From Malacoraja senta (taxonomy: Eukaryota): 64,000 nucleotides of DNA. The notes beneath the pieces were generated by a model, which saw nothing but the letters and a program-made list of their open reading frames with translations, did not search any database and was not told the DNA's origin. Location: positions 558,001 through 622,000 of the forward strand of contig JAXLNO010000146.1 in the NCBI GenBank assembly GCA_038087875.1, given 5' to 3'. Below are positions 11,494 through 23,300 of this stretch, one piece after another; the stretch's first letter is position 1, and each line of letters begins with the position of its first letter. The translations under genes and the position numbers were made by a program.

Positions 11494-13684
11494 GGGGGAG
11501 GGGAGAGGGGGAGGGGAGAGGGGGAGGGAAGAGGGGGAGGGGAGAGGGGAAGGGGTAGGGGGGAAAGGGTGAGGAGAGAGGGGGGAGGGAGCGGGGACGG
11601 GGAGGGGGGAAGGGGAGAGGGGAGAGGGGAGGGGTGAGGGGAGGGGAGAGAGGGGAGAGGGGAGAGGGGAGAGGGGAGAGGGGAGAGGGGAGAGGGGAGA
11701 GGGGAGAGGGGAGAGGGGAGAGGAAGAGGGGAGAGGGGAGGGGAGAGGGGGAGGGGAGAGGGGAGAGGGGGAGGGGAGAGGGGGATGGGAGAGGGGGAGA
11801 CAGAGGGTAAGGAGAGAGGGGGGAAGTAGAGGGGAGAGGAAACAGGGGAGAACGCAGACGGGGAGGGGAGGACAAGGGGAGAGGGGAAGGGGAAGAGTGG
11901 GAGGGAGGGGGAGAGGGGAAGGAGGAGGAGAGAGGGTAAGGAGGTGGGAAGGGAGAGGGGAAGAGGTAAAGGGGAGAGGAGGAGAGGGGGTGGAGAGGAG
12001 TAGGGGAGGGGAGCGGAAAGGGGTCTGGAGAGGAGAGGAGAGAGGGGAGGGATAGAGGGGATGGGGAAAGGGTGAGGAGGGGGACGGGGCAGAGGCGGTT
12101 TGGGAAGGGGAGAGGGGGAGGCGAAAGGAGAGAGGGAGGGGAAGGGGAGGGGAGAGGCGGAGACGGAGGGGTGAGGGGAAAGTGGGGGAGGGGAGTGGAG
12201 AGGGGAGAGTTTGGGCGGGTAGAGGGGAGAGCCTCCCGGAGAGGAGAGGGGGAGGTGTGGGGAGAGGTGAATTGGTGAGGGGAGAGAGAGAGCAAAGGCA
12301 TGGGGCAGGGATGACGGTAAAGCGGGGAATAGTGAGAGGGTGAATAGAAGGGGTGGATAGAAGGGATGGGCTATGCAGAGACAGACACTCAACCTGTACA
12401 GCCTCGCTCTGCTCCATTGGACAACGCCAATGAGGGGCAGAGGGGGGTGGAGAGGGGGGAGGGGCAGGGGTGAGGGGGAGGGGAGAGGGGGAGGTGGAGA
12501 GGGGCGGGGGGAGGGGGAAGAGAAAGGGGGAGGGGAGAGGTGGAGGGGAGCGGAGAGCGGCAGGGGAGAGGGGTGATGGGAGAGGGGGAGGGGAGAGCGG
12601 GAGGGGAGAGAAGGAGGGGGAGGGGAAGGGCGAGGGGAGAGTGGGGGTGGGGAGAGAAGGAGGGAGAGGGGGCGGAGAGAGGGAGGGGAGGGAGAGAGGT
12701 GGGTTGTGGAGGGGAGATGGGGGAGTGTAGAGGGGAGAGGGAGGGGAGGGGGCAGTGGGAGGGGGAACGGAAGACGTGAGGAGAATGGGAGACGGTGGAG
12801 GGAGAGAGGTGGGGGTGTGTGTGGGGAGAAAGGGTGAATGGGAGGGGGAGAGGGAGTGGAGGGGGAGGGGAAGAGCGGGAGGGGACAGAGTGGATGGAGA
12901 GGGGAGAGGGGAGGAGGGGGCAGGGAGGTAGAAGGTGAGGGAGAGGGGAGGGAGAGTGGCAAGGAGAGGGAGGGAGTGGGGGGAGGCAGGGGAGATGGGG
13001 GTAGATGGGAGGCGGGAGGGGGATGGTAGAAGAGGGGGACGGGAGGTAGAAAGGGGGAGAGGGAGAGGGGAACGGAGAGAGAGAGAAGAGGGATGGGGAA
13101 AGAAGTGGAGAAAGGTGGGGGTGGAGAGGGGAATTGGAAGAGGGAAGGGAGATGGGGACGAAAGGGGGAAGGGGAAGGTAGAGCTGGGAGGGAGAGGTGA
13201 AGGGAGAGGGAGAGCAGGAGGGAGAGCGGGCGAGGGGTGAGGAAGAAGGGGAGGGGAGGGGGAGGGAGGTAGAGCGAAGGGGAGGGGGAGATGGCGCGAG
13301 GAGAGGGGAAATGTGAGAGGGATGGTGGAGATGGGGATGGGAGAGTGTGAGGGCAGGGAGAGGGTGAGGGGCAGGGAGAGGGTGAGGGGAGGGAGACGGG
13401 GTGGAGAGGGGAGGGAGACTTGGGGAGGGTAGAGAGGGGGGAGCGTACAGGGGGTTAGAGAGGGGGAGGGTATGGAGGGAGAGAGCGGGAGAGGGAGGGG
13501 AGAGGGAGATGGGGGCGAGAGGGGGGGAGAGGGAAGGGGGGCGTGGAAGGGGTGAAGAGAGGGGAGAGTGAAGGGGAGAGTGAAGGCAAGTGGCATGGAT
13601 GACGATAAAAGTGGTGGAGGAGAGAAGGGTCGAGGTACAGAGGATAAGAGTTAAGGGGACACGGGTGTGGGGGGAGTGGGTAAG
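11494..13684. repeat. ~2.2 kb G/A-rich low-complexity tract including (GGGGAGA)n
   Basis: Direct observation; source of the Pro/Ser/Leu-rich minus-strand ORFs. Confidence 0.95.
12341..12420 (+). other. Degenerate partial duplicate of the 11.3-kb SXY region lacking X1/X2
   Basis: CAGAGACAGAcACTCAACCTGTACAGCCTCGCTC matches 11338-11371, then jumps to TGCTCCATTGG. Confidence 0.75.
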
Positions 13685-16539
13685 TGTAGATGAGATATGC
13701 ATGTGCCTTTAACATAGTGACCTCACACCCACTAACCACTCCCCATATCACAAGTACAACTACCACCTCCCACCCACAGATCGCTCTCTAGTTCCTGTGA
13801 CAGACCACGTACAGCTAGTGCAATGTATTATGTCCAGTATGAATAAAGATAGTAAAGTAACGATGCCTCGTTATCAATCCTTTACATGGTGTCAAATAAC
13901 TTACCTTGCGCCTCCCGTTTATCGGTTTATCATTTAATTTTGACCCAGTTTTTTGTTTCCCCCCATAACTGTTTTTGTTATGGCCTCTTCTGCCCGTAAG
14001 CCCGATGCGCTCGTTTTCGATTTCGACATCGCCCTACGATGGGACATATTCAAACGCGACTTTGAACACTATTTCACGATTGCCCATCCTGGCGCCACCG
14101 ACGCTCTAAAAGCCTCGCTGCTTCTCAACTTGGCTGGTCCCAACGCCTTGACTCGCTCGGACTTCTTCGTCTACGCTCCTGGAGAATCAGCTCGGGACCC
14201 GGCATGTCTGTTGGCTAAGTTTGACGCTATTTGTGACATTCCTACTAATTGTATTTTAGAACGTTTTAAACTGTTCGCGCGGCGTCAGCTCCCTGGGGAA
14301 TCTGCTGAGAACTATGTCATTGCGCTGCGGGACCTGGGCAGGCGCTGCCGCCTCGAGACGTGGACCCCCGATAATGTCATCAGGGACCTACTGGTTTACG
14401 GTCTCCGTGATGAGAAGCTCAGGTCCGAACTACTTCGCAAGCCGGATCTGACCTTGGCCGATGCAATGCACGCGACTCGCTTAGCCGACGCTGTTTCCGC
14501 GGCGGCGCCGCCGGCTGAACAGGCGATCAACTTTGCCAGCACTCCTAGCTATCTCATGAACGCACCCCAGTCGCGACCCCCGGTATCGCTCGCTGCTCGA
14601 GGGGGACGCGCCCCGGGGTTCGGTGGTGCCACAAGGGGAGACACCCAGCAAAGGTGCCCTAATTGCAACTTCACAACTCATCAGTTCAATGTGTGCCCTG
14701 CGCTGGGAAAAAACTGCAACTCCTGTAATAAGTTGAACCATTTTGCTGCAGCTTGTCGTTCCCGTGGGAAGCCTGTCGCTGCTCGAAGGCAAAATTTAAA
14801 CAACCTTCTACAGTCGGATAATGATCTCAGCTCCCAGCACTATTCCGATGAACATTCTGTTCCTACATCTAACTCCTCTCAGGGGGAAACCAGCTTGTTT
14901 ACCGTGGTGAACGCACCTGCTATGATAACGGATCCTTCTGTGCAAGTCACTGTGAACAACTCGACCTTCACGGCCAAAATCGACACTGGGGCGGTTACCA
15001 ATGTTATGTCAACATCTCTTTTCAACCAGATAAGGACTAATGAGAAGATATTTTCTCAGAGCTCAAACCTGCATGCCTACGGTGGGGAGATCCTTACTCC
15101 TGTGGGCAAGGCCACACTACACTGTAAGATACTGAAGGCCACTCGGCCCCTCACCTTCTTTCTCCTCAATCGAAGTTGCGTTCCCCTGCTGGGGATCCAG
15201 GCATGCCAGGAAATGGGACTGGTGTCCTTCCACCGGGACATCCGCCACGTGCAGGCTCTTATGGACCCGCTGGCCGAGTATCCTGACCACTTTGATGATA
15301 AGCTAGGCAAACTACCCTGCAGCTACAAGATTGAAGTGGACCATAAGATCGTTCCTGTGGTCCATGCTCCTCACCGTATTTCCTTCGCCATGAGGGATAA
15401 AGTGGAGGCGACCCTACACAGTATGGTACAAATGGGCGTCCTAAAGGCGGTCGTCGAGGACACCAGCTGGGTCTCTTCCATGGTTGTTGCTGCTAAAATG
15501 GACATGAGTGAGATACGCATCTGCATCAACCCCAGAGACTTCCACCTGGCCCTCCTCAGCCTTCGGAACATCTCTCGCGACCCTGCCATGGGTTCACCTG
15601 CTCAGCGGCTCCTGTCCCGCGCTACCAGGCTCCCACTCCCGATGGCCCAGCGATCCCTCATACCCTCGGTCCTTCCACCTGCGGCGGTTCAGAAACGAAT
15701 TGCCTTCAGGCAAGACGTCCAAAAGCGGTCCCATGACAGGTCCTGCCACCCGCTGCCGCCCCTCTTCCCCGGTGAAGTAGTCCGTATGCAAACCACTCCC
15801 GGTCACTCCAAGCTCGCCACTGTCGTCGGCTCTGCGGGGTCGCCCAGGTCCTATTTCGTCGACTAGGCTGGGACCATTTACCGACGGTCTCGCCAGCACC
15901 TTCGGCTCGTCCACGAGCCGCGTCCTCCTGCCGCCGATCCCTTTGCTCCCCCGCTGCCTGTTTCCCGTCCGGCCGTTGCCCTGCCCGTGATTCCATGCAT
16001 GCCTCGCTCTGCTCCTCCTTCGCCCCCTCCGCTCCAACACACTCCGACTAGTCCTCGCACGCCCCCACCCGCGCTCTTCCCGGTCCCGGCCCCGCATCCC
16101 CTCCGGTTTCGGTGCCGCGATCTCTTCCGTTTCCTCCCGTTTCTCCCTTTCAGGTTCGTCTGTCCCCGCTGGTGCCTCTTCCTCCTCCAGGAAGGGTGGA
16201 TGGCGAGACGCGAACCCGGGCGGGACGTCTGGTCAAACCGCCTGACCGCTATGGCGATGTTGCCTAGCTATCCTAGCGCATGAGCCGTGGTCGCCATGTC
16301 ACCTTTGTATTTGCCTGTCGTTTCGGGGAGGAAGGATGTAGATGAGATATGCATGTGCCTTTAACATAGTGACCTCACACCCACTAACCACTCCCCATAT
16401 CACAAGTACAACTACCACCTCCACACCCACAGATCGCTCTCTAGTTCCTGTGACAGACCACGTACAGCTAGTGCAATGTATAATGTCCAGTATGAATAAA
16501 GATAGTAAAGTAACGATGCCTCGTTATCAATCCTTTACA
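13685..16539 (+). mobile_element. Gypsy/Ty3 (Mag-like) LTR retrotransposon, internally deleted
   Basis: TG..CA LTRs 13685-13886 and 16337-16539 (two differences seen), 5-bp TSD GTAAG, PBS TGGTGTCA, PPT GGGGAGGAAGGA. Confidence 0.97.
13980..15866 (+). CDS. Truncated gag-protease-(RT start/IN C-terminus fusion) polyprotein
   Basis: Double Cys/His knuckle, KIDTGA protease, then ICINPRDFHLALL junction; lacks RT core, RNase H and IN core; premature TAG at 15864. Confidence 0.85.
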   Translation: MASSARKPDALVFDFDIALRWDIFKRDFEHYFTIAHPGATDALKASLLLNLAGPNALTRSDFFVYAPGESARDPACLLAKFDAICDIPTNCILERFKLFARRQLPGESAENYVIALRDLGRRCRLETWTPDNVIRDLLVYGLRDEKLRSELLRKPDLTLADAMHATRLADAVSAAAPPAEQAINFASTPSYLMNAPQSRPPVSLAARGGRAPGFGGATRGDTQQRCPNCNFTTHQFNVCPALGKNCNSCNKLNHFAAACRSRGKPVAARRQNLNNLLQSDNDLSSQHYSDEHSVPTSNSSQGETSLFTVVNAPAMITDPSVQVTVNNSTFTAKIDTGAVTNVMSTSLFNQIRTNEKIFSQSSNLHAYGGEILTPVGKATLHCKILKATRPLTFFLLNRSCVPLLGIQACQEMGLVSFHRDIRHVQALMDPLAEYPDHFDDKLGKLPCSYKIEVDHKIVPVVHAPHRISFAMRDKVEATLHSMVQMGVLKAVVEDTSWVSSMVVAAKMDMSEIRICINPRDFHLALLSLRNISRDPAMGSPAQRLLSRATRLPLPMAQRSLIPSVLPPAAVQKRIAFRQDVQKRSHDRSCHPLPPLFPGEVVRMQTTPGHSKLATVVGSAGSPRSYFVD

Positions 16540-16846
16540 GTAAGTGCGGAGGGGAGAGGGGACAAGGGTTGAGGGGAAAAGGGTTGAGGGGGCGAGGTTA
16601 AAGTGGGGAGGAGATTAGGAGACGGGGCAGGGGAGTGGACAATGGGGAGGGGCGATTCTGTACTAGCTGTTCTCTTTATCCTGTATCTGCTTTGTGCACC
16701 GATTGACGATAATAAACCAAACTAATGTGGTCGGGGCGGGGCCGGGGGAGGCGGTGGGGAGTGGAGGGGGAAAGAATACAGGGAGAATAGGGGGGGGGGT
16801 GAGAGGAGTAGAATGAGAGGCAGGTGGTGGGAGAGGGATGGGATCA

Positions 16847-17070
16847 TAGAAACATAGAAACATAGAAAATAGGTGCAGGAGGAGGCCATTCGGCCTTTCG
16901 AGCCAGCATTGTGATCATGGCTGATCGTTCCCCATCAATAACCCGTGCATGCTTTCTCCCCATATCCCTTGATATCACTAGCCCCTAGAGCTCTATCTAA
17001 CTCTCTCTTAAATCCATCCAGTAATTTTCCCTCCACTGCCCTCTGTGGCAGGGAATTCCACAAATTCATG
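16847..17070 (-). mobile_element. CR1 3' end fragment
   Basis: (CATAGAAA)n tail and NLWNSLPQ...FKRELD. Confidence 0.85.
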
Positions 17071-17519
17071 GCAGAGGTAGAGGACAGGCTGGGACAGGTG
17101 TAGGGTGGCGGGAGGGGAGGGACGGTGAGGGGGGGGGGCAGTGGTAGAGGACAGGCTGGGACAGGTGTGGGGTGGCGGGAGAGGGGAGGGTCGGTGAGGG
17201 GGTAGTGGTAGTGGACAGGCTGGAGCAGGAGGGGCGGTGGAGGCGAGGGAGATAGAGGAACAATGAAACATCGCTCACATACACACCGACAAAGACAACA
17301 CACAAAATCAGATTATACTCTAATTACACATAATATTTATGAAAGAAAAAAAGAACAAGATATTAATTCAAAAACATAATTAGAAAAATAAACAAGCCCA
17401 TGGTAGTGAAGAGATGGGCTGTCGAGTTCCATTACTGAGATAATGTCTGGGTTATGTAGGTTGGTTCAAGGACCTCATCCCATCTCACCTCTTATCTCTG
17501 GCCTTAAACCAATGCCCTT

Positions 17520-17830
17520 TGGTTGAGTTTAGTTTAGTTTATAGATACAGTGCGCAAACAGGCCCTTCGGCCCACCAAGTCCGCACCGACCATTGGTCCC
17601 CGCACACTAACACGATCCTACACACACTAGGGACAATTTACATTTATACCAAGCCAACTAACATTCAAACCTGTACGTTTTTGGAGTGTGGGAGGTCCGG
17701 GAGTAAATCCACTTAGTTCACGGGGAGAACATACAAACTCCACACAGACAGCACCCGTAGTCAGTATTGAACCCGGGCCTCTGGCTCTGTTAGGCAGCAA
17801 CTCTACCGCTGCGCCACCCTGCCGCCCGAT
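17520..17830 (-). mobile_element. tRNA-derived V-SINE (HE1-like)
   Basis: Minus-strand head GGTGGCGCAGCGGTAG...GGTTCAATACT (A/B boxes), V-domain-like GGAGTTTGTATGTTCTCCCCGTG, CR1-like tail. Confidence 0.8.
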
Positions 17831-18359
17831 GGAGAAAGGTCCTGGAGACAAGTTTCCGATGACCCTTGGGTCCTTTTGGGAATTAAATGATAAACCAGGG
17901 CATATCCAAGTTGAAGTTTATTGTCCCATCCACAAGTACGGAGAGGTCCAGCTACAATGGCATTGCTTGCTGCAGCGTCACACGCACATTGACTCACACA
18001 AGGCACAAAACATAATTATACATAAATTACACTGAACATTACACAAGAAGGAAGACTGGGCAGAAGTACAATTAGAAAAGCAAATCAACTCCACAGTAGT
18101 GCAAGAGGTGGGTGTTGGTGATGTGTGGTGGGGGTAGCGTTAGGGTCCCTGTGTCTAACACACAGCGGCTCACTTGCACAAAGATCTCCAGTGAACTGGT
18201 CATACATGACCTCCCGGTCACGGGTCACGGGCGTTACTGTAACCTCTCCCCCACGACCGAACCGATCCGCACGATGTACTGGTCTACTTGCCCCGGACTT
18301 ACCTGTCTCACTGCCCCACATCATTGACGATATACCTCCTCCAACATTAATCATCCCCT

Positions 18360-19140
18360 CCATCTCCACCCCTCACCCCCCTCCATAACACACCCCACCC
18401 CTCACTCGCCTCCATAACACACTCCACCCTCACTCCCCTCCATAACACACCCCACCCCTCACTCCCCTCCATAACACACCCCACCCCTCACTCCCCTCCA
18501 TAACACACCCCACCCCTCACTCCCCTCCATAACACACCCCACCCCCTCACTCCCCACTCCATAACACACCCGCACACCTCACTCCCCTCCATAACACCCC
18601 CCACCCACCCCTCACCCCCCTTCATAACACCACCACCTCTGACTCCCCTCCATAACACACCCCACCCCTCACTCCCCGCTCCATAACACACCCACCCCTT
18701 ACTGCCACCCCTCACTCCCCACCACAACACCCCCCACCCCGCACTCCATAACACACCCCACCCTTCACTCCCACCCCTCACTCCCCTCCTCCCTCCCTCT
18801 CCCCCTCCCTCCACCTCAGCACCTCCTTTCGCCTCTCCCCCTCCTCTTTCCCTATCCCTCCTCCTTCCCTCCTCTCCCCACCCTCTTGTCCAACATCCTC
18901 TCCCCACCTCTTTCCCCCTCCTTCCTTCCCACCCCTCTCCTCTCCCCCTCCCTGACCCCTCTCCCCTCCACCCCCTCCTCACCCCATCCCTCTCTCTCTC
19001 CCTCCCCCGCTGCCCCTCCGATCACGCCTCCCCCTCTTCCTCCCTCCCCTCCTTCCCTTCTCTCCCCCACCATATCCTACACCCTCCTCTCCCCTCCCCC
19101 ACTTTCCACTTCCCCCCACAAGCCCGCTCCCTATCTCCTC
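18360..19140. repeat. C-rich minisatellite (~29 bp, CCCCACCCCTCACTCCCCTCCATAACACA) and polypyrimidine tract
   Basis: Direct observation. Confidence 0.9.
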
Positions 19141-19528
19141 CCGACCCAGAGCGTCATCTGTCCATTCCCTCCCCCATTGCAGCCTGACTCGCTGCGTTCC
19201 TCCAGCACTTTGTGTTTTGCTCCAGATTCCAACCCATGCAGTTCCCTGTGTCCCCTCCATGTTGTCCAACACAGAGGGGCATCTGGTGGAGGGGTGGGAT
19301 GCTCCCTGCTCCGCTGGCTCCTCCAGCTCTTTATGTGTTATTCTATTTGGAGCTGTATCAATGGAAACGATTCAAATATACACGTGGCCCATATCCCTGT
19401 AAACCTGCCCTGTGCATAAATTGTTGGGAATGGCAGGCCGGGGGAGTGGGAGGTGGGCAGAGGGTTGGTGGTGCTGTGGAGGGGAGTGTGGACACTGCCA
19501 GTGACGCGCTGCCTGTATTACAGGGAGG

Positions 19529-20017
19529 ATGGCGTTGCCAGTGTTTCTACTGCCACTGGCCATGTTGGACGTGACGGTCAGTTGGGTGCTGAGCGGGGCG
19601 CTGCGGCTGTGGGGGGTGGGGCCGCTGTTGCAGCTCTGGCTCTGGGGGTGGTGCATCTGGCTGCGCTGTCCGTCTGCCTGCGGCCGCTGGTCCGTCTGGA
19701 GGGCAGCCGTCCAGCTGAGCCGTGGCCGGCACTGGCCACCTGCTGCCTGCTGCTACCCACCTACACATCCTGGCACTGGCCGCGGGCTCCACCCACACCG
19801 AGCTCCTGCACGCCCCCCTCACCACCCGCCTGCCCCTCAACTACCTGGTCACCGCCCTGGGGATGGTGGTGGCCCCACCGCTTCCTGCCCCAGACGGGCG
19901 CTCAGACACCCGGCCAAATGCCCGCCACCGCCTCCGTCTTCAGACTGCTATCCTGTCTGCGGCCAGATCTCAGACGCTTCCTCCTTGTGGCTGTCTTCGT
20001 GGTCCTGTCCTCGGCTG
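19529..20017 (+). pseudogene. TAP1: TAP1 (ABCB2) first coding exon (TMD0), frameshifted; pseudogene fragment or assembly-error copy
   Basis: Joined frames: MALPVFLLPLAMLDVTVSWVL...LWLWG/VVHLAALSVCL...LLLPTYTS/LALAAG...NYLVTALG/HRFLPQ...ASVFRLLSCLRPDLRRFLLVAVFVVLSSAG|gtgagc. The end matches the TAP1 RLL.CL....R...VVLSS.G exon-1 end with a phase-1 donor; three single-base indels restore 163 codons + 1 nt. Confidence 0.8.
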
Positions 20018-20029
20018 GTGAGCATGGAA

Positions 20030-20389
20030 GGGGGGCGTCGGCAACTGGGGGAGGGGCGTCGGGTGGACGGGTGTCTGCGGGAGGGGGCAGTGCGTCTGCG
20101 TCTGGAGGAGAGGCACCTGGGTTGGGGTGTCTGTGTCTGGGAGAGGGTCGTCTGCGGTAGGAGCGTCTGCAGAAGCAGCATCTGCGTCTGGGGGAAATGC
20201 GGCTGGTTCAGGAGTAGTGGCACCTGGGGGTGGGGCGTCTGCGTCTGGGGCGGGGCGTCTGGTTCAGGAGTAGTGGTATCTGGGGGTGGGGCGTCCACGT
20301 CTGGGGTGGGGCGTCTGGTTCAGGAGTAGTGGCATCTGGGGGTGGGGCGTCTACGTTTGGGGTGGGGCGTCTGCGTCTGGAGTAGTGGC
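20030..20389. repeat. G-rich intronic minisatellite (GGGGTGGGGCGTCT / GGAGTAGTGGC units)
   Basis: Direct observation; continues briefly after the Gypsy insertion at 25080. Confidence 0.8.
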
Positions 20390-23300
20390 TGTAGATGAGA
20401 TATGCATGTGCCTTTAACATAGTGACCTCATACCTACTAACCACTCCCCATATCACAAGTATATCTACAACCTCCCCACCCACAGATCGCTCTCTAGTTC
20501 CTGTGACAGACCACGTACAGCTAGTGCTATGTGTAATGCTCCAGTATGAATAAAGATAGTAAAGTAACGACGCCTCGTTATGAATCCTTTACATGGTGTC
20601 AAATAACTTACCTTGCGCCTCCTGTTTCTTTGTCATGGCCTCTTCTGCCCGTAAGCCCGATGTGCTCGTTTTTGATTTAGACATCGCCCTTCGATGGGAC
20701 ACATTCAAACGTGACTTTGAACACTATTTCACGATTGCTCATCCTGACGCCACCCCCGCTCTCAAAGCCTCCCTGCTTCTCAACTTGGCTGGTCCCGATG
20801 CACTGACTCGCTCCGACTTCTTCGTCTACGGTGCGGGGGAATCAGCTCGGGACCCGGTATGTCTGTTGGCTAAGTTTGACGCTATTTGTGACATTCCGAC
20901 TAATTGCATCTTAGAACGTTTTAAACTGTTCGCGCGGCGTCAGCTCCCTGGGGAATCTGCTGAGAACTATGTCATTGCGCTGCGGCACCTCGGTAGGCGC
21001 TGCCGCCTCCGAACGTGGAGCCCCGATGAGATTATCAGGGACCTACTGGTTTACGGTCTCCGTGATGAGAAGCTCAGGGCCGAACTTCTGCACAAGCCGG
21101 ATCTGACTTTGGCCGATGCCATGCACGCTACTCGCTTAGCTGACGCTGTTTCCTCGGCGGCGCCGCCCGCCGAGCAGGCGATCAACTTTGCCAGCACTCC
21201 CAGTCATCTCATGAACACACCCCTGTCGCGACCCCCAGGGTCGCTCGCTGCTCGAGGGGGACGCGCCCCGGGGGTCGGTGCTGCTACAAGGGGAGGTACC
21301 CAGCAAAGGTGCCCTAATTGCAACTTCACAACTCATCAATTCAATGTGTGCCCTGCCTTAGGAAAGACTTGCAACGTCTGCAATAAATTGAACCATTTTG
21401 CTGCGGCTTGTCGTTCCCGTGGGAAGCCTGTCGCTGCTCGAAGGGGAAATTTAAACAACCTTCTACAAGCTGACAACGAGCTCAGCTCCCAGTGCTATTC
21501 CGATGAACATTCTGTTTCTACATCTGACTCCTCTCAGGGGGAGACCAACTTTTTTCCCGTGTTGAACGCACCTGCTATGATAACGGATCCTTCTGTGCAA
21601 GTCACTGTGAACAACTCGACCTTCACTGCTAAAATCGACACGGGGGCGGTGACCAATGTAATGTCAACATCCCTTTTCAACCAGATAAGAACTAATGAGC
21701 AGATATTTTCTCAGAGCTCAACCTTGCATGACTACGGTGGGGAGATTCTTACTCCTGTGGGCAAGGCCACGCTACACTGTAAGATACTAGAGACCATTCG
21801 GCCCCTCACCTTCTATCTCCTCGATCGAAAATGCATTCCCCTGCTGGGGATCCAGGCATGCCAGGAAATGGGACTGGTGTACTTCCACCGGGACATCCAC
21901 CAGGTGCAGACTCTTATGGACCCGCTGGCCGATTATCCCGACCGCTTTGATGATAAGCTAGGCAAACTACCCTGCAGCTACAAGATTGTAGTGGACCATA
22001 AGATCGTTCCCGTGGTCCATGCTCCTCACCGTGTCTCCTTCGCCATGAGGGACAGAGTGGAGGCGACCCTACACAGTATGGTACAAATGGGCGTCCTAAA
22101 GGCGGTCGTCGAGCCAACAAGCTGGGTCTCTTCCATGGTTGTTGCTGCTAAAAAGGACATGAGCGAGATACGCATCTGCATCAACCCCAAAGACCTCAAC
22201 CTGGCCATTCGACGCCCTCACTACCCTATGAGAACGGTGGAAGACGTCGCTGCACAGGTTGGTCCAGCAACGGTTTTTTCTGTCCTCGATGCCAAAAGCT
22301 CCTTCTGGCAGATACCACTGGACGAGTGGTCGTCCATTTTGACAACTTTCGCCACCCCCTACGGAAGGTTTCGGTTCCTCCGAATGCCATTCGGGATCAA
22401 CTCTGCCAGCGTGGTATTTCAGCGGACCATGGAGCAGTTGTTTTCAGATCTGCCTAGCGCCATAATTGTTGACGACATCCTCGTTTACGGTAAGGATGTT
22501 GCCGAACACGATGTCAACCTCCGCCTGGTCCTGGACCGGGCCCGGCAGATCAACTTGAAACTGAACCCCAAGAAGTGCCGATTCCGCGTCTCGGAGGTCA
22601 CCTATGTTGGACATGTATTCACCGCTGAGGGGCTAAAGCCAGACCCGCAGAAAACGGCTGCCATCTCAGGGATGCCCCCTCCTACCAATGTGGCAGGCCT
22701 GCAACGCTTCCTCGGCTTGGTAAACTACCTGGGGAAGTTCATCCCCGACCTCAGCGAGCTCAGCGCTCCCCTGAGGGATCTGATCAAAAAGGACACGTCC
22801 TGGCTTTGGTTACCCAACCATCAGAAGGCATTTGACATTCTTAAGTCTAAGCTGATCAGCACCCCCACGCTCAAGTTCTTTGACCTGCAGCGTCCCATTG
22901 TCCTCACCTGCGACGCCTCCCAATTCGGACTCGGTGCCGCCTGCCTCCAGGTCCATGACGGCCTGCAGCTACCTGTCTCCTTCGCGTCCCGCACCATGAC
23001 CTCCACCGAACAGCACTACGCGCAGATTGAGAAGGAGCTACTGGCCGTGGTGTTTGCCTGCTCCAAATTCCGGGACTACATCGTGGGCAACACTTTCACC
23101 GTTGAAACTGACCATCAGCCACTTGTTACCATCCTCAACAAGTCGATCCATGTGGCTTCATCACGCCTGCAGCGCATGATGCTGCAGCTCCAGCGCTTCA
23201 CGTTCACGGTGGTTTATCGTAAGGGCAAGGACATGTTCGTGGCCGACACGTTGTCTCGCGCCCCGCTGACTTCCACCGCTCGCCACCAATACGAAATGTC

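Noticed and set aside
11223..13702. Pro/Ser/Leu-rich ORFs of 437-766 aa
   Set aside because: Low-complexity purine tract lacking stops on the minus strand.
17760..17830. tRNA gene
   Set aside because: A/B-box head of a SINE with SINE body and tail; no full cloverleaf.
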